Shown here: positions 10,293 to 18,025 of the stretch, piece after piece | Layout: every line of letters begins with the position of its first letter | Numbering within the stretch: position 1 is the first letter of the stretch | Origin: Gammaproteobacteria bacterium | GTDB lineage: Bacteria; Pseudomonadota; Gammaproteobacteria; Eutrophobiales; Eutrophobiaceae | NCBI GenBank assembly: GCA_965208655.1 | Contig: CBDBPJ010000006.1 | Location: forward strand, 259,839-323,838 | DNA: 64,000 nt | Reading direction: 5' to 3' | The notes under the pieces: model-generated | Told to the model about the DNA's origin: nothing | What the model saw: only the letters and a program-made list of their open reading frames with translations | Databases searched by the model: none | Translations under genes and position numbers: made by a program

Positions 10293-12179
10293 CTAGATCG
10301 TCGCCAGATCTCCCTTACTCTCCAGCCAGTCCTTGCGGTCCGGCGCGCGCTTCTTCGCCAGCAGCATGTCCATCATCTGGTCCGACTTGCTGTCTTCCGG
10401 CAGGGTCAGTTTTACCAGTCGGCGCGTTTCTTTCGCCATGGTGGATTCCCGCAATTGCATGGGGTTCATCTCGCCCAGGCCCTTGAAGCGCTGTACGTTG
10501 ACCGTGCCCTTGATCTTCTCCGCGGCGATGCGGTCCAGCACGCCGGACTTCTCCGAATCATCCAGGGCGTAGAACACCTCCTTGCCGACGTCGATGCGGT
10601 ACAGGGGCGGCATGGCCACGTACACGTGGCCTGCGTGGACAAGCGGGCGGAAATGCTTCAGGAACAGGGCGCACAGCAAGGTGGCGATGTGCAGGCCGTC
10701 CGAGTCCGCATCGGCCAGGATGCAGACGCGGCCGTAGCGCAACCGGGACAAGTCGCTTGAGCCCGGGTCGACGCCCAGCGCCACCGAGATGTCGTGGACT
10801 TCCTTGGATGACAGCACCTGGCCCGGTTCCACCTCCCAGGTATTGAGGATCTTGCCCCGCAACGGCATCACCGCCTGGAACTCCCGGTCCCGGGCCTGCT
10901 TGGCGGAACCGCCGGCGGAATCCCCTTCCACCAGGAACAATTCGCTGTGGTCCGCGGACTGGCTGGCGCAATCCGCCAGCTTGCCGGGCAGCGCCGGGCC
11001 GCTGGTCACTTTTTTCCGGACCACGGTTTTAGATGCTTTGAGGCGACTCTGGGCATGCTGGACGGCAAGTTCCGCAATCCGCTCGCCGGTCTCCACGTGC
11101 TGGTGCAGCCACTGGCTGAATGAGTCGCGCACCACGCCCGAGACGAATGTCGTGCATTGCCGCGAGGCCAGCCGTTCCTTGGTCTGGCCCATGAACTGGG
11201 GATCGTTCATTTTTACCGAGAGCAAGTAGGCGCAACGGTCCCAGACGTCTTCCGCGGTCAGCTTGACGCCGCGGGGCAGCAGGTTGCGCGACTCGCAGAA
11301 CTCCCTGAGAGCTTCCAGCAGGCCCTGGCGCAGGCCGTTCACGTGGGTCCCGCCCTGGGTCGTCGGCACCAGGTTGACGTAGCTCTCGGTGATCAGGTCG
11401 CCCGGTTCGGGCAACCAGTGCACCGCCCAGTCGACCTGTTCGTCATTACCTTGCATGGAACCGGTGAACGGCTCGGCGGGCAGCAGTTCGACACCCGCAA
11501 GCATGCTGGAGAGATAAGTGCTGACCCCGTCTTCATAATGCCACTCCGTGTTTTCATCATTGGCTTCATCGTTGAGTCTGACGGTGAGCCCGGGGCACAG
11601 CACTGCCTTGGCGCGCAGCAGGTGTTTCAGCTTCGCCCTGGCAACCGTGACGCTGTCGAAGTATACCGGGTCGGGCCAGAAGCGCAGGGTCGTGCCGGTA
11701 TTGCGCTTGCCGACCTCCCCTACCACCTCCAGCGGGCTGATGCGCTTGCCGTCGGCAAAGGCCATGTTGAATTCCTGGCCGTCCCGCTTGACCCAGACCT
11801 CCAGGTGTTTGGACAAGGCATTGACGACGGACACGCCCACACCGTGCAGGCCGCCGGAGAACTTGTAATTCTTGTCTGAGAACTTGCCGCCTGCGTGCAG
11901 GCGGGTCAGGATCACTTCCACACCGGGGAGTTTTTCACCGGGATGCTTGTCCACGGGCATGCCCCTGCCGTCATCCGTGACCGTGACGGAGTTGTCTTCG
12001 TGCAGGGTGACCTCAACCTTGTTCGCATGGCCGATGATGGCTTCATCGACGCTGTTGTCGACGACTTCCTGCACCATGTGGTTGGGCCGGGAGGTATCCG
12101 TGTACATCCCGGGACGCTTGCGCACCGGTTCGAGACCGGTTAAGACTTCGATATCGGCGGCGGCGTAGGTGGTAGTCAT
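10293..12179 (-). CDS. parE: DNA topoisomerase IV subunit B
   Basis: 628 aa. GHKL ATPase N-terminus (VVDNSVDEA), TOPRIM motifs (LFLVEGDSAGGSAKQARDREFQAV) and C-terminal PLRGKILN. Sits immediately upstream of parC. Confidence 0.9.
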   Translation of the reverse strand: MTTTYAAADIEVLTGLEPVRKRPGMYTDTSRPNHMVQEVVDNSVDEAIIGHANKVEVTLHEDNSVTVTDDGRGMPVDKHPGEKLPGVEVILTRLHAGGKFSDKNYKFSGGLHGVGVSVVNALSKHLEVWVKRDGQEFNMAFADGKRISPLEVVGEVGKRNTGTTLRFWPDPVYFDSVTVARAKLKHLLRAKAVLCPGLTVRLNDEANDENTEWHYEDGVSTYLSSMLAGVELLPAEPFTGSMQGNDEQVDWAVHWLPEPGDLITESYVNLVPTTQGGTHVNGLRQGLLEALREFCESRNLLPRGVKLTAEDVWDRCAYLLSVKMNDPQFMGQTKERLASRQCTTFVSGVVRDSFSQWLHQHVETGERIAELAVQHAQSRLKASKTVVRKKVTSGPALPGKLADCASQSADHSELFLVEGDSAGGSAKQARDREFQAVMPLRGKILNTWEVEPGQVLSSKEVHDISVALGVDPGSSDLSRLRYGRVCILADADSDGLHIATLLCALFLKHFRPLVHAGHVYVAMPPLYRIDVGKEVFYALDDSEKSGVLDRIAAEKIKGTVNVQRFKGLGEMNPMQLRESTMAKETRRLVKLTLPEDSKSDQMMDMLLAKKRAPDRKDWLESKGDLATI

Positions 12180-12198
12180 GGGCGGGTGTTTATTATAC

Positions 12199-12312
12199 TG
12201 GATTCCGGCGTGCGCAGGAATGACGATCTGGGTTCCGGCGTGCGCCGGAATGACTCACCGGGTTCCGGCGTGCGCAGTGCCTGCCCCTGCGAAAGCAGGG
12301 GAACGACAGTAA
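12199..12312. repeat. Tandem array of three REP/dRS3-like palindromes plus a fourth hairpin
   Basis: tggattccggcgtgcgcaggaatgacgatc / tgggttccggcgtgcgccggaatgactcacc / gggttccggcgtgcgcag[tgcctg]cccctgcgaaagcaggggaacgacag. Each unit is a self-complementary stem TTCCGGCG..CGCCGGAA. The array lies in the divergent parE / xseB promoter region. Confidence 0.65.
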
Positions 12313-12458
12313 CAGTCAATTTTCCGGGCAAAATACAAACTTGATAAACCGGGCTGTTTCATTGTATTTTTCTATCGCGAATACAGGTTTTATCAATAAG
12401 GTGTGTAAATCATTGAGTTATTGATACAATTCCGGCATCGACGACAGGAGGCGAGCTT

Positions 12459-12707
12459 GTGTCCGAAAAAAAACCTGAAATAGATTTTGAGAAAGCGCTG
12501 GCTGAACTGGAACAACTCGTTGAAACCATGGAAAAAGGCGAACTCACCCTGGAAGAATCCCTGCAACACTTCGAACGCGGGGTAACCCTGACCCGCGCCT
12601 GCCAGCAGGCCCTGGCAGACGCAGAACAGAAAGTACGCATCCTGACCCGGAACAGCGAGACGGAAGAACTGGCGGAATTTGCAGCAGATACTGATAATGA
12701 TGGATGA
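12459..12707 (+). CDS. xseB: exodeoxyribonuclease VII small subunit (GTG start)
   Basis: 82 aa: SEKKPEIDFEKALAELEQLVETMEKGELTLEESLQHFERGVTLTRACQQAL, a typical XseB helical hairpin. Confidence 0.85.
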   Translation: MSEKKPEIDFEKALAELEQLVETMEKGELTLEESLQHFERGVTLTRACQQALADAEQKVRILTRNSETEELAEFAADTDNDG

Positions 12708-12742
12708 TGGGGTACAGACCCCCGCTTACGATGCGCGGGGGT

Positions 12743-13654
12743 ATGCTTAATCCTGTTCCCGATAACCGCTTTTCCGCACGGCTGGCAGAATACCAGGCCC
12801 GGGTGGAAGCCACTCTCGACCGCTGGTTGCCGGCGGCGACGGAAAAACCCGAATCGTTGAACGAAGCCGTTCGCTATTCGGTTTTCGGCGGCGGCAAGCG
12901 CGTCAGGCCGGTACTGGTGTACGCCGGCGGTGAAGCCTTCAACGCCGAACCTGCAGCACTGGATGGCTGCGCCTGCGCCGTGGAGATGATCCATACCTAT
13001 TCGCTAATCCATGACGACCTGCCGGCTATGGACGACGATGACTTGCGCCGCGGGAGGCTGACCTGCCATAAAGCCTATAACGACGCCACCGCCATCCTGG
13101 CCGGCGATGCGTTGCAGGCCCTGGCTTTCCAGGTTCTGGCGCAAGATCCCGGTATCACTGTGTCAGCCGAACAGCGCCTGAGAATGATCGATACCCTGGC
13201 GCTGGCTGCCGGCCCGGGCGGCATGACCGGCGGGCAGGCCATAGACCTGGAGGCGGAGGACAAGAAGCTTGGCCTGGACGAACTGCAGAACATGCATTCG
13301 CGCAAGACCGGCGCACTGATCAGGGCCAGCGTTGAACTGGGCGCGTTATGCTCCGGGACGGTTGACGAGCAACAGTTTCAAAACGTCTCCCGTTATGCGG
13401 GCTGCATCGGCCTGGCTTTCCAGATTCACGACGACGTCCTCGACATCGAGAGCGACACCGAAACGCTGGGCAAACCCCAGGGTTCCGACCTGGAACGGAA
13501 CAAGTCCACCTATCCGAACCTGCTGGGCCTGGATGGGGCAAAACGCGCAGCCCGTGACAAGCTGGACGAAGCCCTGAACCACCTGTCGGAGTTTGATGAA
13601 AAAGCGGATATGTTGCGACAGATAGCTCTCTTTATCGTAAACAGGAATAGCTGA
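12743..13654 (+). CDS. ispA: farnesyl-diphosphate synthase / (2E,6E)-geranyltranstransferase
   Basis: Motifs GGKRVRPVLVYAGGEA, first DDxxD LIHDDLPAMDDDDLRRG, KTGALIRASVELGAL and second DD FQIHDDVLD. Alignment to E. coli IspA favours the third in-frame Met at 12743. An in-frame ATG at 12704 overlapping the xseB stop is the alternative start. Confidence 0.85.
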   Translation: MLNPVPDNRFSARLAEYQARVEATLDRWLPAATEKPESLNEAVRYSVFGGGKRVRPVLVYAGGEAFNAEPAALDGCACAVEMIHTYSLIHDDLPAMDDDDLRRGRLTCHKAYNDATAILAGDALQALAFQVLAQDPGITVSAEQRLRMIDTLALAAGPGGMTGGQAIDLEAEDKKLGLDELQNMHSRKTGALIRASVELGALCSGTVDEQQFQNVSRYAGCIGLAFQIHDDVLDIESDTETLGKPQGSDLERNKSTYPNLLGLDGAKRAARDKLDEALNHLSEFDEKADMLRQIALFIVNRNS

Positions 13655-13663
13655 CACCGGGGA

Positions 13664-13834
13664 GGTCTGGATAGCCTTTTTAAGACCCGCTGTGAATACA
13701 TCCCTGTACGTTCATTGCGCCCATCCATGGGCGCAACCCTACGGGCGGCTAGCGCCGTGCAAATCGTCTGTCCTGACGATTTGTTACCATCCGCTGTCCC
13801 TGCGGATGATAGTCTTAAAAAGGCTATCCAGACC
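13664..13834. repeat. Structured intergenic element: perfect 23-bp inverted repeat enclosing a conserved core with internal hairpins (copy 1 of 2)
   Basis: IR ggtctggatagcctttttaagac (13664-13686) pairs with gtcttaaaaaggctatccagacc (13812-13834). The core ccgctgtgaatacatccctgtacg ... ttaccatccgctgtccctgcggatgatag is shared with the 31416-31516 copy, but the IR arms there have a different sequence. Lies between convergent ispA and mazG. Confidence 0.55.
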
Positions 13835-13845
13835 TGCTTACAATG

Positions 13846-14613
13846 TTAGAGTTCATTTTTTGACTGTTCCCATAACGTATCCATTCTCTCCATTGTCGCG
13901 GTTTCAAGGTTTTCTCCGTTCGCCTCTAATGTTGATTGTATAAAGCGGAAGCGCTGTTCGAACTTGTTGTTGGCCTCGCGCAGGGCCGTTTCCGGGTTGA
14001 TTTCCAGGTGCCTGGCGAGGTTGATGGCCGCGAAGAACAAATCGCCCAGTTCCCCTTGCAGCCTGGCGTGCTCTTCCCGTCGTATCATTGCCTGTTTCAG
14101 TTCATCGATTTCCTCTTCAACCTTGGCCAGCACCGGGGCCGGTTCATCCCAGTCAAAACCTGCCTGGGCCGCGCGTTTTTGCAGTTTCTCCGCCCGCGAC
14201 ATTGCCGGCAATGCCCTGGCGACGGCGCCGAGATAATCCCCGCCGCGCTCCTCCCGCTTCATCTTTCTCCAGTTACTCTTCACTTCCTCGACCGAGTTCA
14301 ACTGCTGCCCGGCAAAGACATGGGGATGTCTTCTCTCCAGTTTCTCGCTGACAGCGCCGGCCACGCCGGCAAAATCGAAGCTGCCGGCCTCGGACGCCAT
14401 TTGCGAATAAAAGATAATATGGAACAATAAATCCCCCAGTTCATCCCGGATTTCTTCCGTATTGTTTTGCTCGATGGCATCGACCAGTTCGTATATCTCC
14501 TCCAACGTATAGGGGACAATGGATTCCATCGTCTGTTCCCTGTCCCAGGGGCATCCGCTATCGGGGTCGCGCAATGCGCTCATGATATCGATTAGTTTTT
14601 CAATAGCCTTCAT
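13846..14613 (-). CDS. mazG: nucleoside triphosphate pyrophosphohydrolase MazG
   Basis: 255 aa with two MazG repeats: ALRDPDSGCPWDREQTMESIVPYTLEEIYELVDAIE ... EELGDLLF and ELGDLFFAAINLARHL. Confidence 0.85.
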   Translation of the reverse strand: MKAIEKLIDIMSALRDPDSGCPWDREQTMESIVPYTLEEIYELVDAIEQNNTEEIRDELGDLLFHIIFYSQMASEAGSFDFAGVAGAVSEKLERRHPHVFAGQQLNSVEEVKSNWRKMKREERGGDYLGAVARALPAMSRAEKLQKRAAQAGFDWDEPAPVLAKVEEEIDELKQAMIRREEHARLQGELGDLFFAAINLARHLEINPETALREANNKFEQRFRFIQSTLEANGENLETATMERMDTLWEQSKNEL

Positions 14614-14750
14614 TTTAACTTTCCTGCAAAAATGGCTTGTAATATCTTAATTTTCTGGTAGTTTTTGACCGTTATGGTTCCTGACGGAAAACATGACGGC
14701 CTGCCGGGTCCCTCTGGATACGGCAGGGCATGCGATTACCGGATTAAAAC

Positions 14751-15323
14751 ATGAAACCACTTATCTTGCGACTTGATATGTCCGGGACACCCGTTACCTG
14801 GGTCCCCTGGCAAGATGCGGTAAGCCTGTACTGCCGTGATATGGTGGGCTGGACCGCGGGCGACGAAACCTTTACGTTTCACGGCGGCATCAACAGGAAG
14901 AGTGGTTTACGTTCAACTATCTCGATCAATTCCATTATCGCGGTCAAGCGTTCAAGAAATCATAAACACACTTTCCGGATCGTTCCGCCACTGACCAATC
15001 GTGAACTGTTTCTGCGGGATGCGAGTATCTGCATGTACTGCGGCGCCCGTCATAAAGACGGTGCGTTGACGCGGGACCATGTCGTACCCATATCACGCGG
15101 GGGCAGGGACCGCTGGTCCAATGTGGTAACTGCCTGCAAGTCATGCAATACCCGCAAGGGCAACAGGACTCCTGAAGAAGCCAGGATGGCGCTCCTGGCG
15201 GTGCCTTATGTGCCGAACTGGGCGGAGTACCTGGCCCTGTCGAACAGGAAGATACTGGCAGACCAGATGGAATTTCTGAAATCACAGTTTTCCGGCCGCA
15301 GGATGCCGTTCCACAGTCAATAA
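14751..15323 (+). CDS. HNH endonuclease family protein
   Basis: 190 aa. HNH core CMYCGARHKDGALTRDHVVPISRGGRDRWSNVVTACKSCNTRKG (C-x2-C ... H ... N ... C-x2-C). Confidence 0.7.
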   Translation: MKPLILRLDMSGTPVTWVPWQDAVSLYCRDMVGWTAGDETFTFHGGINRKSGLRSTISINSIIAVKRSRNHKHTFRIVPPLTNRELFLRDASICMYCGARHKDGALTRDHVVPISRGGRDRWSNVVTACKSCNTRKGNRTPEEARMALLAVPYVPNWAEYLALSNRKILADQMEFLKSQFSGRRMPFHSQ

Positions 15324-15340
15324 TCTGTGAGGAAGAATTC

Positions 15341-15706
15341 ATGAAAACCATGCTGGGTGTATTTATACTCGGGTTGTCGTTGCAAATCCAGGCTGCCGAC
15401 AGGTCAGGCAACTATGCTATTTGGGGACTGGGCCAGAAGTCCTGCTTCCGTTATCTGAAAGAGCGGACTGCGGCTGAAGACGGGCCGTATAAGAGCTACG
15501 TCATGGGCTACCTGACCGCGTATAACGCCATGACGCCGGAAACCTACAGTATTTCCCGGGACATGAATCTCGACGATATCATGGTATGGCTGGATGATTT
15601 CTGCGATGAAAACCAGATGCATGGCATGGAATCGTCGATGCTTGAGTTCATCAGGACACACTACGAAAAACGCTTCCGGACTCCACCCTCTTCAATAGGT
15701 CGTTGA
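15341..15706 (+). CDS. hypothetical secreted protein (signal peptide), function unknown
   Basis: 121 aa. MKTMLGVFILGLSLQIQA|AD signal peptide, two Cys. Starts 18 nt after the HNH gene and has a good SD (GGAAG). Confidence 0.4.
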   Translation: MKTMLGVFILGLSLQIQAADRSGNYAIWGLGQKSCFRYLKERTAAEDGPYKSYVMGYLTAYNAMTPETYSISRDMNLDDIMVWLDDFCDENQMHGMESSMLEFIRTHYEKRFRTPPSSIGR

Positions 15707-15869
15707 ACGCGTAACCTGCCGATTGTTACTGCATTAATTTTCGTTAGATGTTATAGTGATCGTTTAATGGAGGGTTATAATCTGCGGATTGATTATATCG
15801 GTAAAATACGCCATTATTGGCGCACTTGAAGTTTATATCCTTAATACGGGGCAAACTGGAGAATAAAAC

Positions 15870-16172
15870 ATGAAGAGAACCTTAGTCAAAGTAACATTTT
15901 TTGCGGCTGTACTGATGATACTGGGCGGCTGTGCAACAGTTGAACAGCTTAACGAGGTCAGGGCAATTGCAGAGAACGCTCAATCCGCAGCGAACAGTGC
16001 GGCCTCTGCAGCGGACAGTGCAGCATCGGCAGCGGACAGTGCGGCATCGGCAGCAAACCAGGCGATGGACGCAGCCAATTCAGCCCAGTCTGCGGCAGAC
16101 GCGGCGATGGCATGCTGCAACGAAAATTCAAGCAAGCTGGATCGCATGTTTGAAAAAGCGATGGCGAAATAA
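15870..16172 (+). CDS. Lpp/OprI-like alanine-zipper outer-membrane lipoprotein
   Basis: 100 aa. Lipobox LMILGG|C, then heptad Ala/Ser-rich coiled coil (AANSAASAADSAASAADSAASAANQAMDAANSAQSAADAA). C-terminus KLDRMFEKAMAK resembles Lpp RLDNMATKYRK and OprI ...LEKASRK. Strong SD (GGAG). Confidence 0.6.
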   Translation: MKRTLVKVTFFAAVLMILGGCATVEQLNEVRAIAENAQSAANSAASAADSAASAADSAASAANQAMDAANSAQSAADAAMACCNENSSKLDRMFEKAMAK

Positions 16173-16304
16173 ACGTCTTACCAGCTAAAGCTGATTAAAT
16201 AACCAATTCCTCACCGGTGCGTCACGTGACCGCGGCGCACCGGAGGAAGGTACTCTCCAGTCCGGCACGACGATGGTCAATCGTCGTGCAATGGGCCAGT
16301 TTCC

Positions 16305-17276
16305 CTAAAATGAATTGCCGTCGTTCTGTTCCGGCGGCTTGATGCTGCCGATTTCAACCGGGATGCCGTTACTTTCCGCTATTACCGATTGCGCCAGGCC
16401 CCAGTCCACCTGATATCCCCCCTTACCGGTTACTTTTATCAGCATTTCAACCACGCTGGTGAGATTCCCTTCAAACAGTTCCGTATCCTCTTCCAGGTAG
16501 GGATGCGCTTCCAGGTAGATGCTGCCGTTATATGTTCCCACCTTGTAAGGCTGATTGACGATGCGCACAGGCGTACGCAAAGACACCTGCTGGTACAGGC
16601 TCTTGATGTCTTCAGGATATAGCCGGATACAGCCATGGCTGACGCGCATGCCTATGCCGAACGGTTTATTGGTGCCGTGAATAATATACTCGGGCATTCC
16701 CAGCCTCATCATATAGTTACCCAGGGGGTTTTTCGGTCCGGGAGGCACCCGTTTGGGCAGCGGGTCACCCTGCTCCGCATGTTCCTTGCGGATTGATTCG
16801 GGAGGATACCAGGAAGGACGGGTTTTCTTCTGGATGATGCGGGTATTCATATACGGCGTTGACCAGCCCTGACGGCCGACTCCGATCGGGTGGGTAATTA
16901 CCTCAGTTAGCTGGTTCGTTTCCTGCGCAGGGAAATAGTAAAGACGCATTTCCGGTATATTCAGCACGATGCCGACATGGGGGGTGCCGGGCAGGACATA
17001 CAGGTTCGGCAGTACAATTTCCGTCCCCTCACCCGGCAACCAGGTATCCACGCCCGGGTTAGCCAGCTTGATCTCCTGGAAACCCAGTCCGTTGGCCCTG
17101 GCTATGTCCGGGAGTGTATCTTCGTGTTCGGCATGGATTTTGTCCACGGTGCCCATCAACGAATCACCCGGATTCTCCAGCGTGAAGGAAACCGTTGCCC
17201 GGGCCGGCGTGAAAATGATTGCGATTGTCAGAATAAGCACGAGTCCGTGCAAGCTTGTGATTGTACTTTTCCGCAT
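16305..17276 (-). CDS. L,D-transpeptidase (YkuD/ErfK/YbiS family)
   Basis: 323 aa. Signal peptide, catalytic motif HGTNKPFGIGMRVSHGCIRLYPEDI (His ... Cys). Confidence 0.8.
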   Translation of the reverse strand: MRKSTITSLHGLVLILTIAIIFTPARATVSFTLENPGDSLMGTVDKIHAEHEDTLPDIARANGLGFQEIKLANPGVDTWLPGEGTEIVLPNLYVLPGTPHVGIVLNIPEMRLYYFPAQETNQLTEVITHPIGVGRQGWSTPYMNTRIIQKKTRPSWYPPESIRKEHAEQGDPLPKRVPPGPKNPLGNYMMRLGMPEYIIHGTNKPFGIGMRVSHGCIRLYPEDIKSLYQQVSLRTPVRIVNQPYKVGTYNGSIYLEAHPYLEEDTELFEGNLTSVVEMLIKVTGKGGYQVDWGLAQSVIAESNGIPVEIGSIKPPEQNDGNSF

Positions 17277-17836
17277 CAGAATTCCATCAGCCTCGGCATC
17301 AATTCAACCAGGTTGCAGGGCCGGGTCCGGTAATCGAGCTGGTGTGAGATGATGTTGTCCCAGCCCGTAGCGCAGGCGCCCGATGAGCCCGGCAGACAAA
17401 AAACGTACGTGCCGTTGGCTACCCCGGCAACCGCGCGGGATTGCAGCGATGAAGTGCCAATCTCCTGGTAAGACAGGTAGCGGAACAACTCACCGAAGCC
17501 CTCGATTTCCTTATCAAACAACACGGAAACCGCTTCCGGCGTGCCGTCACGTCCGGTCACCCCCGTCCCGCCCGTGGCCAGGACCGCATCCGCGTCGGCA
17601 TCAGCGCACCACCGGGATACCGTCGCGCGAATCCGGGAGATATCATCCGCTACGATGGCCTTTTCATAGAGCCGGTGACCGGCCTCTTCCAGCCTGCGAA
17701 CCAGGAGTTTTCCGGATTTGTCGGTTTTTTCCGTGCGTGAATCGGAAATGACCAGCACGGCGATATTCAGTGGTTTAAATTCTCTCTCAGACACGTCTTG
17801 GTTACATACTGAAAAGGGGTCAGTATAAACTAACAT
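17276..17836 (-). CDS. moaB: molybdenum cofactor biosynthesis protein B (MogA/MoaB fold)
   Basis: 186 aa. IAVLVISDSRTEKTDKSG...ATGGTGVTGRDGTPEAV...EGFGELFRYLSYQEIGTSSLQSRAVAGV matches MoaB GGTG motifs. The start is uncertain (ATG at 17836 or GTG about 14 codons downstream). The stop overlaps the L,D-transpeptidase start. Confidence 0.75.
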   Translation of the reverse strand: MLVYTDPFSVCNQDVSEREFKPLNIAVLVISDSRTEKTDKSGKLLVRRLEEAGHRLYEKAIVADDISRIRATVSRWCADADADAVLATGGTGVTGRDGTPEAVSVLFDKEIEGFGELFRYLSYQEIGTSSLQSRAVAGVANGTYVFCLPGSSGACATGWDNIISHQLDYRTRPCNLVELMPRLMEF

Positions 17837-17957
17837 GGATACACAGGATATACAGGATAAAATGACAGCGCCCGAAAAGAAACAAATACCGTGATCCCGG
17901 GCTGTTTCATGGTAAAAAAATCCTGTTTATCCTGTACATCCATGTTAAATGCCACCT
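17830..17957. repeat. Inverted-repeat element with ACAGGATA direct half-sites (copy 1 of 2)
   Basis: Left arm aacatggatacacaggatatacagga, right arm tcctgtttatcctgtacatccatgtt, with a 65-nt spacer. The CAT of the left arm is the moaB start codon (minus strand). Second copy at 20655-20725. Confidence 0.55.
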
Positions 17958-18025
17958 GTCCGGTTCCCGCCTGATTATGGCGGTCCTGGTTTATCCCTTA
18001 TAATCTGCACTATTCCCCCTGCTGA

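Noticed and set aside
11157-11879. 240-aa plus-strand ORF and other short ORFs over 10284-12168
   Set aside because: Antisense or overlapping parE. Arg/Gly-rich translations.
12180-12460. Possible CRISPR array (repeated 30-nt units)
   Set aside because: Only three units. The repeats are themselves palindromic REP-like hairpins identical in family to dispersed single copies elsewhere. There are no unique spacers of regular length and no cas genes.
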